IMG/VR virus record: IMGVR_UViG_3300023109_001645
Strand: one strand, 5' to 3'
DNA length: 64,000 bases
Source of the DNA: an uncultured virus (IMG/VR IMGVR_UViG_3300023109_001645)
Taxonomy: Duplodnaviria; Heunggongvirae; Uroviricota; Caudoviricetes
In this document: in pieces, positions 30,901-39,277 of the stretch
Layout of the letters: each line of letters begins with the position of its first letter
Numbering within the stretch: the first letter of the stretch is position 1
Program-made: the position numbers and the translations under genes
The notes under the pieces: model-generated
Databases searched by the model: none
The model's input: only the letters and a program-made list of their open reading frames with translations
Told to the model about the DNA's origin: nothing

Positions 30901-31294
30901 TTTCTACAGTGCCAGTGCCGTTAGGATTAAATTCAATGTTTGCATTAGTTTCATTTGAACTAATGACATTGTTTTCTAAATCTAAACTGTCAATTGTTAA
31001 TTTGTTTTGGTATATAACATTATCAGCAGCACCTAAATTAAGTGTAGGCTGATTTGTTGAAATTGTTGTACCTGTGATAGTTACATTGCCAATATTAGCA
31101 AGTGTGCTAACTTCTAGAGAAGGTGCTCTAGTTGTACCAGTTACGTCTAAATCGTATTGAGGGTCTGATTTGTTAATGCCGATACGACTGTTAACAACAT
31201 CTAGATATAATAAGTCGTTCTCAAATGCAAGATTTACTCCTTCACGAAGTAAGTTTGCTTTTAAGAGCGGACCCGATATGCGACCGATAGCCAT
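27968..31294 (-). CDS. Virion fibre protein with beta-helix and LamG/ConA-like domain (1108 aa)
   Basis: YYVAENGDD...PFGTLKYAL domain, FGTGNYTVEGWFY...WYHIAISR...YVDEFRVTK (LamG-like) and GMIRYNT fibre repeats. Confidence 0.7.
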   Translation of the reverse strand: MAIGRISGPLLKANLLREGVNLAFENDLLYLDVVNSRIGINKSDPQYDLDVTGTTRAPSLEVSTLANIGNVTITGTTISTNQPTLNLGAADNVIYQNKLTIDSLDLENNVISSNETNANIEFNPNGTGTVEIFADTNVTGNITATGNITADGNITIGDADTDNITFNAEINSDIIPDADNTYKLGESGKTWADVHTQNFYAGTVTTDSIIVDGVDIALRQGNIYYVAENGDDTYTGDHPNDPFGTLKYALSQATSGDTIHIYPGVYQEAFPMTVPTGVTVKGHSIRGVNITPTVATQSNDAFLLNGGSTIEDLTISGFYTGYAFKLATGFTVSGNNRSPYIRNISVITQGSVTSAADPRGFNEGDAGKGAYIDGAVAGATSLEATMLFHSATFITPGVDAITATNGARIEWLNSFTYFANRGIYGVDGATGLRGTGKTAVRVGGLSGGTITPGNTFTYYDTDGVTVLATGTIDSVDSDGKFYIPGNLTGLETAGERGGKIITKYGTPTTDTTIKKFGTSSLELNGTTDYIGIASNNDFGFGTGNYTVEGWFYFNSVAAITNLFDFRAGAGSDVAPVVYIDAGGELRFYSYSADRITGATLTTGQWYHIAISRNGNDTRLFLNGSSQGTWTVSPVDYDIAKPLIIGARWDGANKLDGYVDEFRVTKDLARYTGNFVVPASEFASDTDTKLLLHFNNAVDGATTIVDDTLNSQDLRFSNGSTANFVTLADQTEFGAEVRSIASACVYGNFGIVGDGPGVLMYLISQNLAYIGVGKEVDNDDNNVIQANEVVELNNAQIRYSSVDHKGDFRVGDLFYVNQEDGTVDFSSSTFNINTSSGITITTGGSQTTITGEKIDTGNLRLSGNTIESLTGDINLDADSGTVRINSTSALQLPKGDTASRPTPATGMIRYNTDTNLYEGYDGNWMALNGVYDLDLDTRITAELTPGANDGVIRFYIQDSVVTTIDADKLSTPRIEVDDISIDGNSITTETANTDLTLSANGTGSVVIDNIAFKDSTVTNTEVDGVFNFEQQGSGYFKIDGTGGFIVPVGSNVQRPAQAYRETGMVRYNTEQRYLEIWDGFSWVSVAGATGSISFSAAEDLAIEYVLTLG

Positions 31295-31418
31295 CTCTTC
31301 TCCTCAATACGGGGATCCTGTCCCTCTAGCCAAATTCGCAGCCTTTCGGCTCTTTGCTGGTTAACCACAGTATGACACTTCAATACAATGGTCGCTGTAT
31401 TGCAGTAATAGTATTTAT
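31295..31418 (-). promoter_or_regulatory. Late promoter plus structured 5' leader
   Basis: ATAAATA at 31418-31412, hairpin CAATACA/TGTATTG (31381-31402), AGCC-GAAA-GGCT tetraloop hairpin (31340-31351) and GAGGAG RBS. Confidence 0.55.
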
Positions 31419-31430
31419 CGTTTTTGGGTA

Positions 31431-33932
31431 TTATCCTAGTACAAGGGTATAGATATCAACCAGTTCTTTTAGAATAGGATCAGTTACTTCTTCGCCTTCG
31501 CCTGCTGCTCGTTGCCATGCACCTAGCTCATCTTCGCCGCCAGTTTCGTTATATACTTCTAAAAATCCTAATCCTGCGCCAGCTTCTGTATTGTATCTAG
31601 TTTCGCCAGTAACAGCTGAACTATTTCGTTCTGCATTATTACCAAATGGAACAACAAGTCCTGTAGTTCCGTTAAATTTTACATATCCTAAACCTGTTGT
31701 AGCAAGTGTTAGTAAATTATTAGATGTATTAGAAAAATTATTATCTTTCAAATCTATGTCAAAGACATTAACAACATTTGTTGCTGTAGCTCTTCTAAGT
31801 TCTAAATCTGAATTTGATAATGTTGTTGTTATAAGGTTGTTGTCAAACAACACATCGCCAGTAGATAATCCATGTAAGTTAGTACTGTTACTATCAATTG
31901 AACCTATTTGGGTGCCGCCTACTGTTAATACTATTGTGTTGTTAGTATCATGTGCGTCTACACCTTCTTGTCTATCGCTTGAATATATTCCACCAAAACT
32001 TAAATTACCGCTTGAGTAACCTTCAAATAAACTTGTATCAGTATTAAATCTAAAGTCAGCAGTTTCGTTGTTCTGTTGTAGTGTTGTACCTCTACTTACA
32101 ATCAATGCTGCATTGTTATCTGTATTAAATAGTTCAGTTTGCGGGCTTAGATTTAAGTCGCCGTCGAGGGTAGTAACTGTATTTCCAGTAATTCTTATAT
32201 TACCAGTATCAACTCTTTCACCATCAATAAAAGTAACTTCTAAACCATTGTTTACAGTTATGTTGCCGATTCCACTAAAGTCAATAGAGTTTGCATCAAT
32301 ACTTGTTTCGCCCGTATCAAAGTCTACAAAGAAATTTTCGCCTACGCTAAATTTACCTTTTTGATCTGTAAGAGTATATACAATGCTGCCAGAATTTAAT
32401 TCAACTACCTCTTGACTAGGTATTGCAAGTGTGTTATCATTAGTTGTGTCTTTACCGGTACCAATATAAGCAAGATTATGACTAATTAAATACATCAGTG
32501 TATTTGCGCCGTCTGCTACTACACCAAAATTTCCGTATACATTTGCTGAGCCAATTGACCTAACTTCTGCACCGTAACGTATCGAAGCATCAGGCATTAG
32601 TTTGCCACTAGCACCTTGTGTAGCATACAATCCTCTATTAGCAAAGTATGTAAAGCTGTTAAGCCACTCTACTCTTACACCGTTTGTCATTGTAATACAA
32701 TCAACGCCGGGCGTAATAAATGTTACACTATGAAATAACATACTAGCTTCTAAACTTGCACTGTCTAATGTTGCACCGTCAATTAATGCGCCTTTGCCTG
32801 CATCGCCTTGTGCAAAACCTCTTGGGTCACTTGCACTTGTTACACTGCCTTTTGTAATAACTGTTACGTTTCTAATATACGGTGAACGTGTGTTTACTAA
32901 GCCGCCGGCAGTAAATTGAAATGCATATCCATTATAAAAATCTTTAATAGTTAAGTGTTCGATTGTAACATCATCTTCTAAATAAAATGCACTATTAGTT
33001 TGTGTTGCAACTGTGGGTTTAATAATAACATTTCTTATATCTTCACCAACAATATCTGTATGAGAAGGAACAGTTAGTGGAAATTCTTCTTCGTATTCAC
33101 CTGGAAATACGTGTATAACTGTTGGGCCAGAAGTACTTCCATCTATTACACTTAGTGCGTGTTTAAGTGTACGAAACGCACCGTGTTGATGATCACCTAC
33201 ATTTGTATCACTACCTAATGTACTAACATAAAATGTATTTCCTTGACGTCTTGCTAGGCTGGAGTCGCCGCTGCCAACAATTACTTCATCAAGAACAACT
33301 GCTCGCGAGTTTAATAGATTACTGTAAATATCTAACCATTTTTTACTAAGCGAGCCTAAATCGCTTGTGTTAGTTTGATCTGGTATAATATCACTATTAA
33401 CGTCAGATGCAAACGTTACATTATCTTCGTCATCGTTGCCAAAAGTAAAATCGCCAGTAGTTTGTATATTGCCTGTTGCATGTAATGCTCCTGTAATATT
33501 CCAGTCACTTTGAATATTTACTGTACCATTTCCATTTGGACGGAGCTCTATATTAGTATCTGTAGTTGTTGTGCTAATAGTATTAAAATCTAATTTTAAA
33601 TTATCAGTTGCAATCGAAGTAGCAGAAATGTTATTTGCAGCATTAAAGTTAATAAAGCCGTCGCCGCCGAGCGCAACAATTTGACTGGTGTCAATTGTAA
33701 AATTTGCAATATTATTGTAGGTTGAAATTAAATTTGTTGACGCTAATGTTGTTGGTATAGTAAGTGCATCAGATGCAGCTTCTGTATTAATACCAATTTT
33801 AGAATTGTTAACATCAAGGTGTAAGAGTGCAGTATTACCACTAGTGTTTTTAAAATTAAGATTAATACCTTGACGTAAAAGATTGTCTTTTAATACGCCG
33901 CCGCCAATGCGGCCATTTTGTGCTTCTGGCAT
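31431..33932 (-). CDS. Virion fibre protein, paralog of 27968-31294 (833 aa)
   Basis: Shares GRI.G..LK.NLLR.G, RQGN..YV, RSPYIRN and EWLNSFTYFANRG with the paralog but lacks the LamG-like insert. Confidence 0.7.
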   Translation of the reverse strand: MPEAQNGRIGGGVLKDNLLRQGINLNFKNTSGNTALLHLDVNNSKIGINTEAASDALTIPTTLASTNLISTYNNIANFTIDTSQIVALGGDGFINFNAANNISATSIATDNLKLDFNTISTTTTDTNIELRPNGNGTVNIQSDWNITGALHATGNIQTTGDFTFGNDDEDNVTFASDVNSDIIPDQTNTSDLGSLSKKWLDIYSNLLNSRAVVLDEVIVGSGDSSLARRQGNTFYVSTLGSDTNVGDHQHGAFRTLKHALSVIDGSTSGPTVIHVFPGEYEEEFPLTVPSHTDIVGEDIRNVIIKPTVATQTNSAFYLEDDVTIEHLTIKDFYNGYAFQFTAGGLVNTRSPYIRNVTVITKGSVTSASDPRGFAQGDAGKGALIDGATLDSASLEASMLFHSVTFITPGVDCITMTNGVRVEWLNSFTYFANRGLYATQGASGKLMPDASIRYGAEVRSIGSANVYGNFGVVADGANTLMYLISHNLAYIGTGKDTTNDNTLAIPSQEVVELNSGSIVYTLTDQKGKFSVGENFFVDFDTGETSIDANSIDFSGIGNITVNNGLEVTFIDGERVDTGNIRITGNTVTTLDGDLNLSPQTELFNTDNNAALIVSRGTTLQQNNETADFRFNTDTSLFEGYSSGNLSFGGIYSSDRQEGVDAHDTNNTIVLTVGGTQIGSIDSNSTNLHGLSTGDVLFDNNLITTTLSNSDLELRRATATNVVNVFDIDLKDNNFSNTSNNLLTLATTGLGYVKFNGTTGLVVPFGNNAERNSSAVTGETRYNTEAGAGLGFLEVYNETGGEDELGAWQRAAGEGEEVTDPILKELVDIYTLVLG

Positions 33933-33958
33933 GCCCTACTTCTCCTCTGACAATGTAT

Positions 33959-34537
33959 TTATTTGTCTAGGTTATGAATTACAGTAACTGGTTTGCCAGT
34001 AGGCACAGGACTTGTAAATTTAATCCACCAACCTGTACCTGTTTCAGTATAAGGATGATTAGGACCTTCTTCTGCGCCACCGCTTGTAACTTCTGCTGTT
34101 TGATGTATTGTATAGTTTGTAGTGGGTATTTGTACTACATTTTCAATTAATACAATAATATTATTAGCAGTTGCAGGAACAGGATAATCTGGATCATTAC
34201 TTTGTAATTCGCCAAACACAGTTTCGTCTGCTGCTATGTTACCAACGCCTAGATTTTGCCAAACAATTCCAGGATCTTGATTAGGTTCTTTAAAGCGCAC
34301 TTCTCTCCATGCACCGTTTTGGTATACTTCTAATTGATTGTCGGTACTGTTATATCTTAGTTGTCCTGCACTTGAACTAGTATCAATTCCTGCTTCGCCA
34401 GGACGTTGTGCCAAAGTTCCAACTGGAACTTTCATAGCACGAGTACTATCGACAACTACTTGGTCGTCAATATCATACTTTACTCCTTTAGAGTAAATAC
34501 CTCTTAGATTTGTACTTTGTGCTTTGATTAATCTCAT
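33959..34537 (-). CDS. Virion structural protein
   Basis: VPVGT..QRP ... GQLRYN fibre repeat and a V.IENVVQ.P...Y motif. Confidence 0.6.
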   Translation of the reverse strand: MRLIKAQSTNLRGIYSKGVKYDIDDQVVVDSTRAMKVPVGTLAQRPGEAGIDTSSSAGQLRYNSTDNQLEVYQNGAWREVRFKEPNQDPGIVWQNLGVGNIAADETVFGELQSNDPDYPVPATANNIIVLIENVVQIPTTNYTIHQTAEVTSGGAEEGPNHPYTETGTGWWIKFTSPVPTGKPVTVIHNLDK

Positions 34538-34538
34538 G

Positions 34539-34871
34539 TTATACTTCCAAATAACTCACTGTCGCTGCAAGGTCAGTTAGTGCTGCTCCAATGTCAGGTT
34601 CAGCAACAAATGAAATTTTATCGCCAACTTCTAATACAATTTTTTCACTATCAAATGTAAAAGTTTCGCCTGCAGGTAATTCTAAGTTATTAATAACTCT
34701 TGTTACAGTATTACTCAAACTTGAACTTTGTGGAATTAAATGCATATCAAATGATGCCGCTGCTGTACCATTATTACAAACTAAAATATTTGTAATTGCA
34801 TACGACTTACTAGCTGGAACTGTTATCATATCTAGTTGTGTAGTCGTTAATTGTTGGTTTACTATTGCCAT
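34539..34871 (-). CDS. Small virion structural protein (paralog family A)
   Basis: ILVCN ... EKIVLEVGDKI ... ATVSYLEV. Confidence 0.6.
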   Translation of the reverse strand: MAIVNQQLTTTQLDMITVPASKSYAITNILVCNNGTAAASFDMHLIPQSSSLSNTVTRVINNLELPAGETFTFDSEKIVLEVGDKISFVAEPDIGAALTDLAATVSYLEV

Positions 34872-34880
34872 TTTTAATCC

Positions 34881-35858
34881 TTAAAATAACATTCCGTATA
34901 GGAGTGCTCTGTTATTACTTACTAACTCGTCTCTGTTTCCTTCGTCATTTACGAAATAAATTCCAGAGTTTCCAGTGTACTGATCTGCTATATATATTTT
35001 AGTACCATCTAATGCTTGTGCAGGTTCTAAACTAGGGTCGCCTACACTAGGAACTTTATTTAAATGTAATGTATCATCTATTCTAATATTACCAGTACCT
35101 GCAGATCTTAGTACTAAGTCTTCATTACTTGAAATTGTTTCAATTGTTGATCCAGCAATTCTTACTTCGTCAAATTCCCAACGGTCAGCATACAACTGAC
35201 TTACAACGTTGCCATCAATTGTAAATTTAATTACACTATCAACACCAGTATTTTCTTCATCATCAATTTCAATACTACTAGGTGTTGAATCGCCATCACC
35301 AATTTGACGTAAGAAAACATTTGCAAAGTTAAATGCAACATAGTCAACTACTGCCTGTGCGTTCGGTATTACATCTGCCTTTGTAGCATTATATCCTGTT
35401 AAGGTGCCACCACCATCGTATGTAAATACCTTTCTTTCGTAATCAACAGTAGGACTTACATTTACAGTGCTTGTTCCAGCATTTAATATTAAATTTTGAC
35501 TTCTTGAATCGATTTGATTTGTTGCTAATGATATTAAGTTACTACTTTCATCGATTGCTATAAATCCGCTTACATCTTCATCATATTTAAAAAATGAATC
35601 AGGCAATGAACCACGATTGATTCTAATACCTGCTTCATTCAATGTAATGCCAGCGCCAGTTTCTCCACTGTTTAGTAATATAATATTATCTTCAATATTT
35701 AATTCAGCGGTATTTACTGTTGTTGTTTCGCCTCTAACTAATAAATTGCCAGATATTTCAACTGTACCCGTTTCAAAACCAGTATCCAAATAGATTTTTC
35801 CGCCAGTCTTAACGTTTATTTTATAATTACCATTGGGTACATTTAGATATTTTGACAT
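34881..35858 (-). CDS. Virion structural / fibre protein
   Basis: GNLLVRGETTTVNT..L.IEDNII.LN.G motif, typical of phage fibre proteins. Confidence 0.6.
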   Translation of the reverse strand: MSKYLNVPNGNYKINVKTGGKIYLDTGFETGTVEISGNLLVRGETTTVNTAELNIEDNIILLNSGETGAGITLNEAGIRINRGSLPDSFFKYDEDVSGFIAIDESSNLISLATNQIDSRSQNLILNAGTSTVNVSPTVDYERKVFTYDGGGTLTGYNATKADVIPNAQAVVDYVAFNFANVFLRQIGDGDSTPSSIEIDDEENTGVDSVIKFTIDGNVVSQLYADRWEFDEVRIAGSTIETISSNEDLVLRSAGTGNIRIDDTLHLNKVPSVGDPSLEPAQALDGTKIYIADQYTGNSGIYFVNDEGNRDELVSNNRALLYGMLF

Positions 35859-35873
35859 TCTTTAATCCTATTT

Positions 35874-35905
35874 AAAAGTTTATGGGGGAACTTAATCCCC
35901 CATAA
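35874..35905 (-). terminator. Rho-independent terminator
   Basis: 10-bp stem TTATGGGGGA/TCCCCCATAA followed by ACTTTT on the minus strand, just after the 35912 stop. Confidence 0.7.
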
Positions 35906-35911
35906 CTAATC

Positions 35912-36316
35912 TTAGTCAGCTTCGAAATCGTCTGCGCCAGTGAAGTCATCAGCTGTACCAGCTTCTTCCATTTCAACTTTAGCATCGTCTGCTGCGTTAT
36001 CAAAAGTCCAAGCAATACTTGCGCCTGTGTCAAGTGTTACTTTACGTCCTGCAATTTTAGTAACTTGACGAGCTGTGCCGCCGTCGTCTTTTACAGTAAT
36101 AGTCATATCAGCCACAGCTAATGTACCCTGTGCTTTATCAGCTAGGGTGCAATCTTCTGTGTTTGTGCCGTCTGTGCAACGGAACTTTTTAGATCCTAAT
36201 TGCTTAACGATCCAGCCGTTTGCTTCTGCTTGTCCTGTAGCACGAAAACGTACTTTAATTTCGTTGCCGTTTGCTGTTGGCTCTCCGAAATTTCTTTTAT
36301 TTAGTGGTCTTCCCAT
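35912..36316 (-). CDS. Hypothetical protein, probably an abundant virion protein
   Basis: 134 aa (MGRPLNKRNFG...). Has its own late promoter, a structured leader, a strong AGGAG RBS and a terminator. Confidence 0.65.
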   Translation of the reverse strand: MGRPLNKRNFGEPTANGNEIKVRFRATGQAEANGWIVKQLGSKKFRCTDGTNTEDCTLADKAQGTLAVADMTITVKDDGGTARQVTKIAGRKVTLDTGASIAWTFDNAADDAKVEMEEAGTADDFTGADDFEAD

Positions 36317-36419
36317 TTTTTTTCTCCTATAAAAAGTAGTCCTATGCCCGTTCTATGAGCTACGCTGTGGGTACAGCATAAGTCCGCCTTGCGGCACACT
36401 ATTTGACATTAGTATTTAT
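36317..36419 (-). promoter_or_regulatory. Late promoter plus structured 5' leader
   Basis: ATAAATA at 36419-36413, GCC-GCAA-GGC hairpin (36386-36395) and TATGCTGT/ACAGCGTA hairpin (36361-36380). Confidence 0.55.
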
Positions 36420-36908
36420 CAATTCTTTAGAGTAACGTCTAATACCTAAAACCTTACTAGGAGAATAGAAGTCATATCTCACTTCGTTGCGTTGATTGCC
36501 GCCTAGTATGATCCAATATTCTCTACCGTTGTGTGTTTGGGTGTCAACATAGAATCCTACATGTCCTTCCCATCCTTGGTTGCCTCTTGGAAACACCACA
36601 ACATCTCCACGCTGTATGTCTTCACGAGTTACAGGTTCTCCCCAATACAAAAAACTTCTAGCCATTAGTGGAGGATATTTAGTTTGATTGTTTAGGTTAG
36701 GAATGTTATCTATTTCTAATACACTGTTGACAAATGCTGCACACCATTCTATACGCACAGGATCTATGTCCAACAGTTCTTTTAGTTCTGCTCTGTGGGA
36801 CCTTTCTTCTAATCCAATATAAGGCTGTGCTGTTACTACACTGTCAATTGAAATTGCTGGGGAAGAACAAGCTGCTAAAAAAGATAATAAAAAAATTAAA
36901 CGTTTCAC
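36399..36908 (-). CDS. TIGR02594-like NlpC/P60-CHAP superfamily peptidase with a putative lipoprotein signal
   Basis: WCAAFVN, GHVGFY and LGGNQ motifs. A GTG start gives MKRLIFLLSFLAAC, which ends in a lipobox. Confidence 0.7.
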   Translation of the reverse strand: MKRLIFLLSFLAACSSPAISIDSVVTAQPYIGLEERSHRAELKELLDIDPVRIEWCAAFVNSVLEIDNIPNLNNQTKYPPLMARSFLYWGEPVTREDIQRGDVVVFPRGNQGWEGHVGFYVDTQTHNGREYWIILGGNQRNEVRYDFYSPSKVLGIRRYSKELINTNVK

Positions 36909-36921
36909 AGAATATTTAGTC

Positions 36922-36949
36922 AAAAAAATAGGCCCCAAAGGGCCTATTT
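36922..36949 (-). terminator. Rho-independent terminator after the major capsid gene
   Basis: Minus strand reads AAATAGGCCC-TTTG-GGGCCTATTTTTTT. Confidence 0.85.
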
Positions 36950-36970
36950 CAGTTTACTATAAAGTAAAAC

Positions 36971-38152
36971 TTAGCTGAAGGTTACTGATGTGTCAGTAAT
37001 AGCAACGTTACCTAAGTAATCAGCTGCGTTACCAAGCGATGATGCTGTGTTGTTTAACTCAACATATCCGTAACGTGTCATAAATGACACTGTTGGTTCG
37101 AATGATGTTGGGTCAAGCACAACGCCTGAGCTCATTAGCGGGATGTATGGGCAATAGAATGCCGCTGCATCTGATTCGCTTGAACCTTTGTAGCCGATTA
37201 GTACTGCTGCATCGTCTGCTGCATATGTGTTTACATATACTTTCATTGCATTGTTCAATGTACCAACCATTTTAGTGTTAGTTGGTGCTTCGAATGTACC
37301 TTCTGTTGTTCTTGCGAACGCTGAAGTTGTAGCAGACTGTAGGATAGTTAGTGCGAATGGTGATACCACTGCCCAGTTACCTGCGCCTCTACGTGTACGC
37401 TGTGCAATCAAGTTACTTACGCGGTTGATTTGTACTGCTAGTGCAGCATGCTCATCACCTACGAAAGTAGCTGTACCTGATACTGCGCCTTGGTTGTATG
37501 TTTGTGCCGCTGCGCCAGATAGTGTTGTAAGCGATCCAATTACTTCTTGGTCGATTTCAGCAGTAATCTCTTGAGCAAGTGCTGCCATGATTTCTGCTTC
37601 AACGTCAATACCGTGCATTGACTGCGCATCTTGAGCAGCTTCAAAAGTCCAACGAGCACTCAACTTACGAGTTTTCGCTTCAACTGTCTGCTTTAAGATT
37701 TGGATTGACATTTTACGTCCAGCTGCACCTTCTAGTGTTGCTGTACTGTCTGCTTTGCCTGTGTTTGCACCTGAATACTGTTCAGCAATTTTGAATGGGC
37801 TTAGAGCTTCTTCACCTGCTGTAGTACCAACAATCGCACCGTTAGCTGCGACTGTGTCACTGTAACGTACACGTAATGTGTGGATCTGACCAACTGGTCC
37901 AGTCATTGGCTGTACGCCGACTAGTTCGTTAGCAATAACTGTTGGCATAACACGTCTGATAACTGGTAGGATAACACGGTTAAGTGTTGCTACGTTACCT
38001 GCACTTGTTGCGCCTGCTGTTGCACTCTCTGACAAATACTTGCGAGTGTTTTCTAGTGTAGCAGCCATCACAGACTTCTTGTTGCCTTGCAGGCCTTCAA
38101 GAAGAGCAGTTTTGGTGTCTACCCAGCGTGATTCTAGTAGTTCTGACATCAT
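36971..38152 (-). CDS. gp23: Major capsid protein, T4 gp23 family
   Basis: Motifs LVGVQPMTGPVGQI, TVEAKTRKLSARWTFEAAQD, EIDQEVI, FYCPYIPL and FMTRYG. Confidence 0.95.
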   Translation of the reverse strand: MMSELLESRWVDTKTALLEGLQGNKKSVMAATLENTRKYLSESATAGATSAGNVATLNRVILPVIRRVMPTVIANELVGVQPMTGPVGQIHTLRVRYSDTVAANGAIVGTTAGEEALSPFKIAEQYSGANTGKADSTATLEGAAGRKMSIQILKQTVEAKTRKLSARWTFEAAQDAQSMHGIDVEAEIMAALAQEITAEIDQEVIGSLTTLSGAAAQTYNQGAVSGTATFVGDEHAALAVQINRVSNLIAQRTRRGAGNWAVVSPFALTILQSATTSAFARTTEGTFEAPTNTKMVGTLNNAMKVYVNTYAADDAAVLIGYKGSSESDAAAFYCPYIPLMSSGVVLDPTSFEPTVSFMTRYGYVELNNTASSLGNAADYLGNVAITDTSVTFS

Positions 38153-38159
38153 AATCTCC

Positions 38160-39263
38160 TTAATTTAATCCAGCAAGACGGCGTATGTCTAAGACATTGT
38201 TGTTTGAGTCGTCTGCTTTAGTTGTCATTGTTTTTGTTTCGGGTCTGTTGCCTGTTACTTCTGTGCCTTCTGTAATTACTGCCTTACGCTTTGCTGGAGT
38301 ATTTCCGTCAATAACTGATGGTAAGTACTTATCGAAAGACTTTTGTAGTCTATCTGTCTGTACTGATTCCAGTAAGTCTGTCATAATCTCACGCTGATCT
38401 TTGCCTAGTGGCGAAATCAATGAGTTCATAATCTTAGTTCTCTTTGCTGATTCAACTAAACGAGATTTCTCTTTGTTTGCTGATTCTGCAAGAGTTTTTG
38501 CTTTTGTAGCAAATGCTTTGGCTTCTGCTAGTTGCTTGTCTTTAGCAGCTAGTACACCCATTAGTTTACTTACTTCTGAATTTTCATTCAAGTGTGAAGA
38601 AGTATACTCGTTTGCAAATGCTTCAAATATCTTACGACCAAAGTCGTTGCTTCGTGCTATATCAATATCTTCTTTCAATGAAGCAATTTCACCTTTAAGT
38701 GATTTACCGACCATTTCAGATACTGCTGTAGCACTTCTTTCGATAAAGTTAGCTTTAACTTTAGCGAAGTGTGTTTTAGCTTCACGTACTAAACGTACTT
38801 TTGTTTCAGCTAAGTCTTTTTTGTCTTCTGCAAATTCTGCAATTTCACCTGCTAGAGATTCAACAACAAACTCTTCAAGCTTGGCATATGATTCAGCCAT
38901 TGCTTTCTTGTCTGCTCTTAATTCTTTAATTTCGTTTGCTAAGTTTTCAGCAACGAAACCCTTCAGTAGATCTGCATTTTCACGTTGGGCAACAGCATAT
39001 TTTGCTTTTGCTTCTGCTAGTTGTTTGCGGTCCTCTGCAAACTCTGCGATCTCTTCAGCAAGACGCTCAGATAGTAGTGAGTCAATAGCTTCAACCATAG
39101 TTGACTTATCGTGCTCATACTTTTGTGCAAATTCTTCGCGTAACTCAGCAGTTACCTGCATTTTGTTTTCTTGAATCTTTGCTTCCCAAGCTTCTTCAAT
39201 TTGTTCTCTAACCTCAGATGAAACAACATCGTTTTCAAATAGAGTTTTTATTGCATCTATCAT
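38160..39263 (-). CDS. gp22: Prohead core scaffold protein, gp22-like
   Basis: E/K/A-rich coiled coil located between the protease and the MCP. Start placed at MIDAIK, behind an AGGAG RBS. Confidence 0.75.
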   Translation of the reverse strand: MIDAIKTLFENDVVSSEVREQIEEAWEAKIQENKMQVTAELREEFAQKYEHDKSTMVEAIDSLLSERLAEEIAEFAEDRKQLAEAKAKYAVAQRENADLLKGFVAENLANEIKELRADKKAMAESYAKLEEFVVESLAGEIAEFAEDKKDLAETKVRLVREAKTHFAKVKANFIERSATAVSEMVGKSLKGEIASLKEDIDIARSNDFGRKIFEAFANEYTSSHLNENSEVSKLMGVLAAKDKQLAEAKAFATKAKTLAESANKEKSRLVESAKRTKIMNSLISPLGKDQREIMTDLLESVQTDRLQKSFDKYLPSVIDGNTPAKRKAVITEGTEVTGNRPETKTMTTKADDSNNNVLDIRRLAGLN

Positions 39264-39277
39264 TACTTTCTCCTGTT

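Noticed and set aside
31335..31365. Firm call of a c-di-GMP-I riboswitch
   Set aside because: Only partial resemblance, with no recognisable P3 or tetraloop receptor. Kept as an unassigned structured leader.
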